A stretch of 64,000 bases of DNA from Candidatus Latescibacterota bacterium (GTDB lineage: Bacteria > Latescibacterota > CBDEFO01). The stretch covers positions 608,001 to 672,000 of the forward strand of contig CBDEFO010000007.1 of the NCBI GenBank assembly GCA_965237525.1. The letters are read 5' to 3'. Below are positions 21,609-31,096 of this stretch, piece after piece. Every line of letters begins with the position of its first letter. The stretch's first letter is position 1. The notes under the pieces are model-generated. The model worked only from the letters and a program-made list of their open reading frames with translations. It was not told the DNA's origin and did not search any database. A program made the position numbers and the translations under genes.

Positions 21609-22316
21609 TTGGATAGAAAAGCCATTGCAATTGTTATAGATGGTCCTGTCGCCTCTGGAAAGAGTACTACTGCCAGACTCGTCGCAGAGAGACTCGGCTA
21701 CCGATGCATCGACAGCGGAGCAATTTATAGAGCCCTTACGCTTAAGGCTCTGCGCCAATGCGTAGATATCCAGGACGAAGCAGCCATGGGGCGCTTGGTT
21801 TTGAGTACAGAGGTAGATCTGACGCAAAAAGATAGGAAACTGACAGTCCTTTTGGATGGGGAAGACGTGTCCGAACAGATACGCCTTCCGGAAGTTACAA
21901 ACAGCGTTGCTCCTGTATCTGAGATGAAGAGCGTAAGAGAGATCATCGTTCAGAGGCAAAGGGAGTTGGGAAAAGATAAAGCGATAGTTATGGAAGGCAG
22001 GGACACAGGAACAGTTGTCTTCCCCGACGCTGAGCTGAAGATATTCCTGACAGCAGACATAAGAGAGAGGGCCAAGAGGCGACATCTTGAACTTAAATCC
22101 AAAGGTATACATGTCGCCGTGAATGAGTTAGAAGAGGATATAAGAGAAAGAGATAGAAGAAACGTCCAAAGGAAGTACGGACCTGAAAAAAGGTCCGAAG
22201 ACGCTCAAGTGTTGGACACTACCGGGCTTACTGTAGATGAACAGGTGGACAGAATAGTTCAGATGGCAGAAGAACTTATACAGAATAAAAGCAAAGGAGA
22301 GGATACACTCTCTTAG
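21609..22316 (+). CDS. cmk: Cytidylate kinase
   Basis: 'IDGP.ASGKST', 'DSGAIYRA', 'EGRD.GTVVFPDA..KIFLTA'. Confidence 0.95.
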   Translation: MDRKAIAIVIDGPVASGKSTTARLVAERLGYRCIDSGAIYRALTLKALRQCVDIQDEAAMGRLVLSTEVDLTQKDRKLTVLLDGEDVSEQIRLPEVTNSVAPVSEMKSVREIIVQRQRELGKDKAIVMEGRDTGTVVFPDAELKIFLTADIRERAKRRHLELKSKGIHVAVNELEEDIRERDRRNVQRKYGPEKRSEDAQVLDTTGLTVDEQVDRIVQMAEELIQNKSKGEDTLS

Positions 22317-22323
22317 CATGTGA

Positions 22324-22971
22324 TTGGGGATTCCCAAGAAAGCTGTGGCATCTAAATTTTACACTATTTCCTGGTGGATAGTACTAGCCCTCTTTAAGAT
22401 ATTTTTGAGACTCAAAGTCGAGGGAAAGGAAAACGTACCCGAAGAAGGAGGTGTGATATTAGCAAGCAATCACGCCTCATATATAGATCCGCCCGTAGTG
22501 GGTGTGAGCACCAAAAGGGAGATGAAGTTCCTCGCCAAAAGAGAGCTTTTCGAACCACCTGTTTTCGGGACTATTATAACTAAGCTCAATGCTGTTCCGA
22601 TAAATAGGAGCGGATTCGGCAAGGAACCTTTAGATGCTATGTACAAGGCTTTAGAAGAGGACATGGCCGTTATCGTCTTTCCTGAAGGTACAAGAAACAA
22701 AGGTAGATATTTGGGAAAAGCTAAAGCCGGTCTTGGGATGATAGCCTTAAGATCATCCAAGCCCATCGTGCCTGTACATATATCTGGCACAAGATCTGTA
22801 TGGCGCTCGTTGATCGGCATCGAAAGAGTCAAAGTCAGCTTCGGTAAACTTATAAACTTGGATGAGATTCCACTCTCTGGAAACAGGAAAGATGATTACC
22901 GTACTGTTACCCAAGAGGTGATGCGGGAGATCGAAAAGCTGAAAGCATTTCAAGGTAAAGTAAAGCAGTAA
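22324..22971 (+). CDS. plsC: 1-acyl-sn-glycerol-3-phosphate acyltransferase
   Basis: 'NHASYIDP', 'FLAKREL', 'FPEGTR'. Confidence 0.9.
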   Translation: MGIPKKAVASKFYTISWWIVLALFKIFLRLKVEGKENVPEEGGVILASNHASYIDPPVVGVSTKREMKFLAKRELFEPPVFGTIITKLNAVPINRSGFGKEPLDAMYKALEEDMAVIVFPEGTRNKGRYLGKAKAGLGMIALRSSKPIVPVHISGTRSVWRSLIGIERVKVSFGKLINLDEIPLSGNRKDDYRTVTQEVMREIEKLKAFQGKVKQ

Positions 22972-22998
22972 AATCCACGAAAAGGAGGAGAACAGGCG

Positions 22999-25641
22999 AT
23001 GCCTGAAGAGCCAAAATCGGCGCCGGAATCCGGCGAAGAAACCGTAGAGTTATCTACAGAGGAAAACGGAGGTGATGAAAAAGAATCTATCGTTCAATCG
23101 GAGACGACCTTGGATGCTGACCAGCCCTTACTTTCTCTGGATGAAGGCGAAAAAGAGTACTCCGATGAGGAGTTTGCCAAGATGCTCGACCTCTATGACA
23201 GCACAATGCAGGGCATCAAGGCTGGAGAAGTTGTAAAGGGGAAGATCCTGTCCGTAGGTGAAAACGAGGTGATGGTGGATATAGGCTTCAAATCTGAAGG
23301 AACTATATCTATAGATGAGTTCAAGGACCAAGAATCCATAGAAATCGGCAGCGAAGTTGAGGTCTATCTTGAGGACGTTGAAGATCAGGAGGGGCAGATA
23401 GTTCTTTCCAAGCAAAAAGCTGACTTTATGCGCGTCTGGGATATGATCAAAGAGGCGCACGATAGTAATGATACTATCGAAGGCACCCTTACGAGACGTA
23501 TCAAAGGCGGTATCGTTGTAGACCTCTTGGGCGTGGATGCTTTCCTACCCGGCTCACAGATAGACATAAAACAGGTCAGAAACTTCGACCAGTTCGTGGG
23601 CCAGAGCTTTCCTCTTAAGATTATCAAGATCAACAAGAACAGGAGAAACATCGTCGTCTCCAGGAGAGCCGTCCTTGAGGAAGAAAGGGAAAAACTAAGG
23701 AGAACTATTATAGAGGATATCCAAGAGGGACAGATAAGAGAAGGGACAGTCAAGAACATCACTGACTTCGGAGTCTTCATAGACCTTGGGGGAGTGGACG
23801 GACTGCTCCATATCACTGACATGTCCTGGGGCAGGGTCAACCATCCATCTGAACTCGTGGCAATCGGAGACGAGATCAGCGTTGTAATACTCAGCTTCGA
23901 TGAAGAAAAACAGAGGATATCTCTTGGACTCAAACAGCTTCAACCTCATCCGTGGGACACTATAGAAGAAAGATATCTCGTTAGTAAAAAGGTGGCAGGC
24001 AAAGTGGTCAGCATTACTGACTACGGCGCCTTTATAGAGTTAGAGGAGGGAGTGGAGGGACTTGTGCATATTTCAGAGATGTCCTGGACGCAGCACATCA
24101 GGCATCCTTCAAAAGTAGTCTCTATAGGTGACGAGGTTGAAGTCGTGGTCCTGCGCGTTGATAAGGATGAGCAGAAGATATCCCTGGGCATAAAACAGGT
24201 CCAGCCCGATCCTTGGCTTACGATTGAGGAGAGCTATCCTTCCGGAACAGTCATCAAAGGCAATGTGCGTAATCTTACCAACTTCGGTGCCTTTGTAGAG
24301 ATTGAGGAAGGCATTGATGGGCTCGTCCATGTCTCAGATATGTCCTGGACCAGGAGAGTTCGACATCCGAGTGAGATAATGAAAAAAGGAGATGACGTGG
24401 ATGTAGTAATTTTAAGTGTCAATCAAGAAAGACGGAGGATCTCCCTTGGACACAAACAGGTCCTGGAAAACCCATGGCCTCAACTTGCCGATGAATACGC
24501 TCCCGGAACAGAGACCGAAGGTACAGTCTATAAACTCCTCGACAGAGGCATCGTCGTCGAACTTGAGGGAAATGTGGAAGGTTTTATACCGACCTCGCAG
24601 TTGGGCGTACCGAACATTAGGAAGCTCACTGACCACTTCGAGGTAGGAGACAAGATTCCGATGAAGGTCATCGAATTCGATGAAGCTCAAAAAAAGATCG
24701 TCCTGAGCGTCAAAGAATACCTCAGAGACAAAGAACAACAGGAGATCGAAGAGTACAGACAGAAGTATCAGCCCAAGTCTGTTACCATTGAAGAAGTGAT
24801 AGAAGAAATCCCGGAAGCTTCCAAAGCAGAGGTCGCAGAGGACGTAGAGATTGAGACTGCTGCTGAAGATCAGGTTGAGGGAATAGAAGAGGAAGTTCAG
24901 AAGGAGGCTCCAGAAGATGAGAGGACGTCCGAAGCAGCAAAGGCTGAGGTTGCAGACGAGGCTGAGGTGGGTGCTGAAGTCTTAGTTGAGGAGGTAAAGA
25001 AGGAAGTTCAGAAGGAGGCTCCAGAAGATGAGGGGCAGTCCGAAGCAGTAAAGGCTGAGGTTGCAGACGAGGCTCAGGTGGATGCTGAAGCCTCAGTTGA
25101 GGAGGTAAAGAAGGAAGTTCAGAAGGAGGCTCCAGAAGATGAGGGGACGTCCGAAGCAGCAAAGGCTGAGGTTGCAGACGAGGCTGAGGTGGGTGCTGAA
25201 GCCTCAGTTGAGGAGGTAAAGAAGGAAGTTCTGAATGAGCCTCCAGAAGATGAGGGTAAGTCCGAAGCAGCAAAGGCTGAGGTTGCAGACGAGGCTCAGG
25301 TGGATGCTGAAGCCTCAGTTGAGAAGGTAAAGAAGGAAGTTCAGAAGGAGGCTCCAGAAGATGGGGGTAAGTCCGAAGCAGCAAAGGCTGAGGTTGCAGA
25401 CGAGGCTCAGGTGGATGCTGAAGCCTCAGTTGAGGAGGTAAAGAAGGAAGTTCAGAATGAGCCTCCAGAAGATGAGGGTAAGTCCGAGGCAGCAAAGGCT
25501 GAGGTTGCAGACGAGGCTGAGGTGGGTGCTGAAGCCTCAGGTGAGGAGGTAAAGAAGGAAGTTCAGAATGAGGCTCCAGAAGATGAGGGTACGTCCGAAG
25601 CAGCAAAGGCTGAGGTTGCAGACGAGGGAAGAGGGCTGTGA
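22999..25641 (+). CDS. rpsA: 30S ribosomal protein S1 with a long acidic repeat C-terminal extension
   Basis: Six S1 domains ('DFGVFIDLGGVDGLLHITDMSWGRV', 'EGLVHISEMSW', 'DGLVHVSDMSW'); follows cmk-plsC. Confidence 0.97.
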   Translation: MPEEPKSAPESGEETVELSTEENGGDEKESIVQSETTLDADQPLLSLDEGEKEYSDEEFAKMLDLYDSTMQGIKAGEVVKGKILSVGENEVMVDIGFKSEGTISIDEFKDQESIEIGSEVEVYLEDVEDQEGQIVLSKQKADFMRVWDMIKEAHDSNDTIEGTLTRRIKGGIVVDLLGVDAFLPGSQIDIKQVRNFDQFVGQSFPLKIIKINKNRRNIVVSRRAVLEEEREKLRRTIIEDIQEGQIREGTVKNITDFGVFIDLGGVDGLLHITDMSWGRVNHPSELVAIGDEISVVILSFDEEKQRISLGLKQLQPHPWDTIEERYLVSKKVAGKVVSITDYGAFIELEEGVEGLVHISEMSWTQHIRHPSKVVSIGDEVEVVVLRVDKDEQKISLGIKQVQPDPWLTIEESYPSGTVIKGNVRNLTNFGAFVEIEEGIDGLVHVSDMSWTRRVRHPSEIMKKGDDVDVVILSVNQERRRISLGHKQVLENPWPQLADEYAPGTETEGTVYKLLDRGIVVELEGNVEGFIPTSQLGVPNIRKLTDHFEVGDKIPMKVIEFDEAQKKIVLSVKEYLRDKEQQEIEEYRQKYQPKSVTIEEVIEEIPEASKAEVAEDVEIETAAEDQVEGIEEEVQKEAPEDERTSEAAKAEVADEAEVGAEVLVEEVKKEVQKEAPEDEGQSEAVKAEVADEAQVDAEASVEEVKKEVQKEAPEDEGTSEAAKAEVADEAEVGAEASVEEVKKEVLNEPPEDEGKSEAAKAEVADEAQVDAEASVEKVKKEVQKEAPEDGGKSEAAKAEVADEAQVDAEASVEEVKKEVQNEPPEDEGKSEAAKAEVADEAEVGAEASGEEVKKEVQNEAPEDEGTSEAAKAEVADEGRGL
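24891..25627 (+). repeat. 111-bp (37-aa) tandem repeat, 6 full copies plus a partial copy, in the rpsA 3' end
   Basis: Units start at 24891, 25002, 25113, 25224, 25335, 25446 and 25557: 'EVQKEAPEDEGTSEAAKAEVADEAEVGAEASVEEVKK'. Confidence 0.95.
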
Positions 25642-25757
25642 AGACGACTTTCAAGAAGGCTGACTAACCGCAAAAAAGAAAAGAGTTGGGAATTTGACCC
25701 ATTAGTTCTTTATTTTGGGAAATGGTATCTCAATTTAATGCCTAGCGAATCGTATGC

Positions 25758-26472
25758 TTAGCGAAAATTCTGTATGGAATCAACGTTCGGATCGGTTGGC
25801 AGATCGCGCAAAGGTCTATTCTCAGAGATAATCAATCCTTTCCCCCTGTGAGCGATATATCTTCCCTTTTCCAAGCGCCTTAAGATTCTCGTTACTGTCT
25901 CTCGCGTCGTTCCACAAAGGCTCGCAAGCTCTCTGTGAGTAGGCATTTTCTCGATAAAGACCACACCTTCCTCCCCGACCGCAGGTTTTGGCACCCAACT
26001 CCATCAAGCTCCTTAAGATTCTCCCCGCGGCATCTAAAAGAGCAAGATTTTCGATCCGCTCGTCCGCCTTCCGCAACCTCGTAGTCAGTTCCACCAAAAA
26101 CTTGATTATAATCCCCGGATTCCTTTGCACCAGATCGTAAAGGTCGTCCCTTCTAAGCACCAGAAGTTCCGTATCATCAGTAATAGCTATCACGTTGGCT
26201 GAGCGAGGTTTATTATCTAACAGGGCCAATTCTCCGAAGAAGTCGCCTTCGCCGAAGAAATCCAGAAGTACCTCCCTTCCCTGTTTGTCTGTGATGATAA
26301 CCTTCACCTTGCCCCTTTTGATGATGAACATCGCATTTCCTACTTGCTTTTCCAGTACTATCGTCTCATTTTTCCGACACTGGCGAGCTACAACTAATGT
26401 CAAGAGTCTTTCTAACTCATCTTGTGTCAGATCCTGGAAAAGCGGGACCTTTCTTAACAGATCTAATCCCAT
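25758..26472 (-). pseudogene. Crp/Fnr-family regulator, frameshifted between the cNMP domain and the HTH
   Basis: cNMP domain 'GDFFGELALLD..PRSA' in one frame and HTH 'THRELASLCGTTRETVTRIL' in another; shift near an A-run at ~25986. Confidence 0.85.
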
Positions 26473-26520
26473 CAGGCTGCCCCTTCGATTTTGATATCCT
26501 GCGACGTCAGGACAAGTGAT

Positions 26521-27256
26521 CTATCCTGCTAGCAATTTAACTCCTGATATGAGCACAAACACTAAGATTACCCTTAAAAAAGGCCACATCCGAAATCCGC
26601 CTGTTTAGAAATACCCCGAGCATCATTCCTGCGATAGTAAACGGAATAAGGGAGAGATCTTCCTTTAAGGTTTGTGAATTTAGCAATCCGAATTTGATAT
26701 AGGTCATCATCTTCAGCAGATTGATAGAAAAAAATAGTACCGTCGCTGTCCCAACAAACGCTCTATTTGGCAACCTTTGTGGGAACAGGTACATCATGGT
26801 AAGAACGCCTCCGATGTGAGCTAGAGTAGAGAAGAACCCTGTGGCAATTTCCACAAGTGTTCCATAGATGTGGCTCGGCTACCCATGGGAATCTCTGCTT
26901 ACTAACGTGTTCCTTGTTACCTGAATCAGCCCAAAGATAAAGGCTATAACACCAATCGATTTTTTAAGATAAAAGTTTGGGACTTCGTTGAGGACCATCG
27001 TCCCGACCAATATTCCCAAAATCGCCCCAGGCATGCGGGACTTTATGTTTTCCCTGTCTCAAAATCTCCAGTAGTAGAACAAAGATAGAATATCGGTCAA
27101 CAAAAGCAGCGGGAGCATTATGCCTATCGCCTGCTTGGGTGACATCACAAGAACTAAAAGTGGTGTGGCTAATATTCCAGTCCGTCCACCGAATCCAGCC
27201 TTAGTCACACCTATTAGCAAAGATGCCCCGCATGAGGCGAGATCTTCGTAGCTTAT
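26521..27256 (-). pseudogene. TSUP (TauE/SafE) family transporter, multiply disrupted
   Basis: GGAGG RBS followed by ATA (likely former ATG); 'LIGVTKAGFGG.TGILATP..SPKQAIGIMLPLL..D'; in-frame TGA (~27059) and TAG (~26879); T-run frameshift near 26580 before '..VILVFVLISGVKLLAG*'. Confidence 0.85.
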
Positions 27257-27299
27257 ATCTTTTCCTCCATACCGAAGGATTCCCCGGAGACAATGGCGA

Positions 27300-27650
27300 T
27301 GAGCTTCTCTTTAGTCATTTGTATCTGAGGCTCTATCCTGGGAGGATCGGAGCCCGTGTGCTCCTTCTGTCCTAAAGAGCGCGTGTTCCGTGCGCACGGT
27401 GGATGCCTCCACTTCCTTCAGGTTCTTTTGGGACTGTCTCCAAGCTTTCGCTGGCGTACGATGTGAACGGTATCTCCTGATCCACTGGATCGACCCCCAG
27501 GTTGATAAGAGAGGTACCTCCGTTGCCGCTACGCTCCTTACTGAGTGCCAAGCGAATATGTTCAGTGCCCGATTAGGTGTGCCTCAAACGCGGCCTCCGA
27601 CCGGGCATATTGCAGTAAGTTCCTTACTCCTTCTGCAAAGAATTCCCTCT
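27300..27650 (-). pseudogene. Decayed Clp N-terminal (ClpC-like double Clp-N repeat) gene remnant
   Basis: Across frames: 'F.EGVRNLLQYARSEAA.LRH..GTEHI.LAL.KE.SG....LINLGVDP', then 'EIPFTSYASESLE....VRTEHAL'. Confidence 0.6.
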
Positions 27651-27812
27651 AGTTAACTGTCGGCACGACGGTTCAAATCTATTCTGTACTCCAGGGTCCC
27701 CGCCTCGTCTCGTAAGTTTTCCGCTGGCACATAGCCGTGTGCGTTCCCCACCAAGTTCTTAGCTTTTCTCAGGTTCCAGGTCTCTTTGCGGTTCTTTTTG
27801 AATAGTAGGTTC

Positions 27813-28859
27813 CTATCGCATCAGGACCATTTTTCTTGTCTTCGCAAAGTCCCACGAGTCCCACGCTGTGATCCTGTAGTAATAAACCCCGCTTGCGACC
27901 TCCTTCTTGTTGTCGTCCAGTCCATCCCAACCAGTATAATGGCTGCCCGATTCCATATAGGAATTTACAAGAGTCCTTACCTTTTGCCCACCGGTGTTGT
28001 ATATAGATAAGGTTACCATTCCTGCAGATGGGAGATCATAATAGATAGTAGTCAGTGGATTGAAGGGATTTGGATAGTTTTGAAAGAGCCGGTGAACATC
28101 AGGCACAGCTGAGGCTCTATCACCTATAAGCTCTGTCTTTACGGGAATCAGTCCCTCGTTCAACTGGACTTTGCGCAGCCATATGTAAGCGGGGGCAGGT
28201 AGTCCTGGAAGCAGGGATTTTACTTTGATAAAGGCAATTTCTCCCTTTCCGCTATATGGCTCAGACCCTGCAAAGGCTATCTTGAGCGTGCTTTCATCGA
28301 CTTTGCTTGCAAACAATCCCACCCGGGTCAAACCCGACGGCAATGCGCCTGATATCTCAAGCTCTGTCGGATCAAAGGATATTTCGACATGGCCTGCTAT
28401 TACCTTTTCCATATTGTCGATAAGTACAGGAACTTTGAACTCTCCGCTTTCAAGCTCCTGAGCATTACCCAGACGCACTGTCCGAACTATAAATGATGAC
28501 TGTAATCGGGGATCGTCCCCGACCGGAAGCGTTCTAATCTTTCCCTCTACAAATTGCAGTATCAGTGCGGCGTCGTACGAAGTTATCTGATCCTGAACCG
28601 AACCGGAATTTCCGCTTACATTTGCAGCCTTGGGTGTTAATCCGGCGTAGTCCGTGCTGTCCTTTTGTCCCACCGCAAATTGGAGTATCAAGGAGGCATC
28701 AAATGCGGATATTTCCCCATTCCCACTTACGTCAAAGTTCGTCTCTGCGTCAGCATTGTCCAGAAAGGAACAGGATAAGATGGCGAATAAGAAAACGACT
28801 CTGAACGACCTTTCACATTTTACCATCGCACATCCTTTCGCTCCCACATGCCTCTTCAT
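27813..28859 (-). CDS. Secreted protein: dockerin-like repeats + cohesin-like domain + FlgD-Ig/T9SS-CTD-like sorting domain
   Basis: Signal peptide; 'DVSGNGEISAFDASLILQ' x2; 'VPVLIDN..VIAG...ISFDP'; 'QNYPNPFNP.T.I.YDLP..WDG.D....VASGVY.YR'. Confidence 0.78.
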   Translation of the reverse strand: MKRHVGAKGCAMVKCERSFRVVFLFAILSCSFLDNADAETNFDVSGNGEISAFDASLILQFAVGQKDSTDYAGLTPKAANVSGNSGSVQDQITSYDAALILQFVEGKIRTLPVGDDPRLQSSFIVRTVRLGNAQELESGEFKVPVLIDNMEKVIAGHVEISFDPTELEISGALPSGLTRVGLFASKVDESTLKIAFAGSEPYSGKGEIAFIKVKSLLPGLPAPAYIWLRKVQLNEGLIPVKTELIGDRASAVPDVHRLFQNYPNPFNPLTTIYYDLPSAGMVTLSIYNTGGQKVRTLVNSYMESGSHYTGWDGLDDNKKEVASGVYYYRITAWDSWDFAKTRKMVLMR

Positions 28860-28915
28860 ACTTCCCGGGTGCAGATGTTCAAAGGTTTAGACACATATCT
28901 TCCCAGATATGAACT

Positions 28916-28944
28916 AATCTACAAGTGGTTATATTAAATGTCAA
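28916..28944 (-). promoter_or_regulatory. sigma70-like promoter
   Basis: TTGACA-N17-TAGATT upstream of the dockerin/cohesin gene. Confidence 0.6.
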
Positions 28945-29122
28945 GAGAATTCTTGCCTGGCACTGGCACCTGCGATATGCACAAAGACAAAGTAAGGTGG
29001 TGTAATTTGAAAGAGTAGATTCACGACAAAGGTTGGAAGGAATAGCCCGTCGGAAAGGCTTATGCTCACGAGCTTTTGTTCCGCCGCGCATCCCGCTGAT
29101 ATATCAATCCTCACAGTCGAGG

Positions 29123-29338
29123 TCATAGAGCCATACGAGACAAACCTGCCCCGATGCCTTGTTTGGGCATACAACAGCATTTCAGAGCACAGCATGGAAC
29201 AGGTGAGGACCCATTCTTTGACAGGTGAAGATTAGCAGATGCTGCCGAAGTCGACAAGAAGACCACAGCGGACATAAACACTGTGAATACTTTCAAGGAC
29301 AAGCCCTTAACATCTGACACTATATGTGCGATCTTCAA
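29123..29338 (-). CDS. Small exported Cys-rich hypothetical protein (possibly truncated)
   Basis: AGGGGG RBS, TTG start, hydrophobic signal-like segment ending 'AASA', then 'PCCALKCCC'. Confidence 0.35.
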   Translation of the reverse strand: MKIAHIVSDVKGLSLKVFTVFMSAVVFLSTSAASANLHLSKNGSSPVPCCALKCCCMPKQGIGAGLSRMAL

Positions 29339-29456
29339 CGAACTTACCCCCTGCCTTTTTGAATAATCTCACTGTGCAATAATACGAGATTTTCCAAAAT
29401 TGTCCATGAGGGATCTTGATCCGTGCGCACAAAATAGGATGGTTTAGAAAGTGGGA

Positions 29457-29657
29457 TTAACCCACCGCGTCCACATTGACCCCCAAGTCAGTAATGCGAG
29501 CTGTGCTTGGAGGGATTTGGCTCTCACTTATCAGTTTAAGGACCATTTCTCCCTGGGACTTTACGGAGTCCTTGACCATATTGAGTCTGGCGGCCTCGAA
29601 CTTTAAAGCGGTCTCCAGTGTACTTAGAGTGTTTAACGTGTCTATTACATCATCCAT
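29457..29657 (-). CDS. Small YjfB-like ('putative motility') protein
   Basis: AGGAGG RBS; 66 aa with 'MVKDS..SQGEMVLKLIS...LGVNVD' resembling the YjfB pattern; sigma28 promoter upstream. Confidence 0.65.
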   Translation of the reverse strand: MDDVIDTLNTLSTLETALKFEAARLNMVKDSVKSQGEMVLKLISESQIPPSTARITDLGVNVDAVG

Positions 29658-29723
29658 GATCTGTACTCCTCCTATCTTTAAACGCGGCGCTCACGATGAA
29701 GAGAATGGTTGTCTCCGTATTTA

Positions 29724-29750
29724 TTATCGGCGGATCAGAGGCGAACTTTA
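29724..29750 (-). promoter_or_regulatory. sigma28 (FliA-type) promoter
   Basis: TAAAGTT...GCCGATAA with exact TAAA-N15-GCCGATAA spacing. Confidence 0.8.
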
Positions 29751-29778
29751 GATTATCGTCCAAGTCCGACTTCTATTC

Positions 29779-29807
29779 TTGACTTCATATCCATTTCTGT
29801 TTATCTT
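29779..29807 (+). promoter_or_regulatory. sigma70-like promoter for selD
   Basis: TTGACT-N17-TATCTT. Confidence 0.6.
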
Positions 29808-29830
29808 TCTAGAAATTCTATATGGCTATA

Positions 29831-29946
29831 AGATTGCTTCGAGGTTCGGCACCACGCAATGACGTTGCTTGCCTTTGCCTTGGTCATAGCGACACCGGCC
29901 CCCGATTGAATCTAGCGGGGTCAATCGGGGGGAGCGAAGCAATCTC
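29831..29946. repeat. Nested palindromic REP/MITE-like element in the selD leader
   Basis: AGATTGCTTCG..CGAAGCAATCT, CGCAATGAC..GTCATAGCG and CCCCCGATTGA..TCAATCGGGGG inverted repeats. Confidence 0.7.
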
Positions 29947-29982
29947 ATACTTCCTCGAGTTCTTAAATCAGGAGACACTTTT

Positions 29983-31050
29983 GTGTTGTCGAAGCGGAAC
30001 AATTCCAGAGAAGATATAAAGAGATTGACAGAGACCGTCAAATGCGGTGGTTGAGCGTCTAAACTGAGCCCGGCGGAGCTGGAGCAAGTTATATCGCAAC
30101 TGCCGACGATGGAGGATGCGAATCTTTTGGTGGGGTTTAATACGGCAGATGATGCTGGGGTTTACAGAGTGGGAGACGACTTGGCGTTGATCCAGACAGT
30201 GGACTTCTTTACGCCTATAGTTGACGATCCTTTTCTCTTCGGTCAAATAGCCGCCGCCAACGCCCTCTCTGATGTCTACGCTATGGGAGGAAAACCAATA
30301 ACAGCTCTGAATGTGATCTGCTTCCCTAATACGACCTTCGACCTGGAGATCCTCTCGGAGATTATGAAAGGCGGCATGTCCAAAGTAAGCGAAGCTGGCG
30401 CTGTTATCCTGGGGGGACACACTGTGCGAGATGAGGAGCTAAAATACGGTCTTTCGGTCACTGGTGTCGTCTCTCCCGATAAGGTAGTTACCAACGCCTC
30501 TGCACAGCCGGGCGATAAACTTATACTCACCAAACCCCTGGGCACAGGTCTCCTTGCTGACGCCCTCAAAGACGGCAAACTGACCCAAGACGATATATCC
30601 GAGGCTTGTCAAGTAATGGCAACCCTGAACGCCTCTGCGTCCGATAGAATGGTCGAATTCGGAGCCACTTCCTGCACGGACATAAGCGGATACGGTCTTT
30701 TGGGACACGCATCGGAGATGGCGCGGGCAAGCAAAGTCGGAATGATATTCTACGCATCGAATATACCCTATTTTGATAAGGCATTGCGGCTTGCCTCTGC
30801 TCCTCTTACCGGGGGCTCCCGCGATAACCAAAGTTTCGCATCCAAGGTCGTAGATATAGACGCATCTGTCCCCCCAGCTATTATCAACCTTATGTTCAAC
30901 GCCCAGACCTCCGGCGGACTCCTTATCTCCATATCCCCCGAGGCAACAGAAGACCTTGTGTCAGCACTTATGAAGGACAAAGTTCCCTCCGCCTCAGTAG
31001 TTGGTGAGGTAACAGATGAAAAAAAGGTACGTATAACTGTCGTTCCCTAA
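29983..31050 (+). CDS. selD: Selenide, water dikinase (selenophosphate synthetase), selenocysteine-containing
   Basis: AGGAG RBS + GTG 29983; 'RLTETVKCGG-TGA(30052)-ASKLSP' in frame with 'DDAGVY..QTVDFFTPIVDDP..AANALSDVYAMGG', 'GGHT', 'QTSGGLL'. The TGA sits at the catalytic Cys/Sec position. Confidence 0.95.
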
Positions 31051-31069
31051 AAACGGTAGAGAGCAAATA

Positions 31070-31096
31070 GTAGCCCCCGATAGATTCAATCGGGGG
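31070..31096. repeat. REP-like palindrome (GTAG + hairpin)
   Basis: GTAG-CCCCCGAT-agattca-ATCGGGGG; related copies at ~19391-19414 and 29899-29931. Confidence 0.65.

Noticed and set aside
24891..25627. CRISPR array
   Set aside because: Contiguous in-frame 111-bp coding repeats with no unique spacers and no cas genes
24782..25654. 290-aa Pro/Leu/Gln-rich minus-strand ORF
   Set aside because: Antisense shadow of the rpsA Glu-rich repeat
27665..27690. tRNA-like GGTTCAAATC
   Set aside because: No T-stem or cloverleaf around it; I recognised no tRNA or rRNA gene in the window
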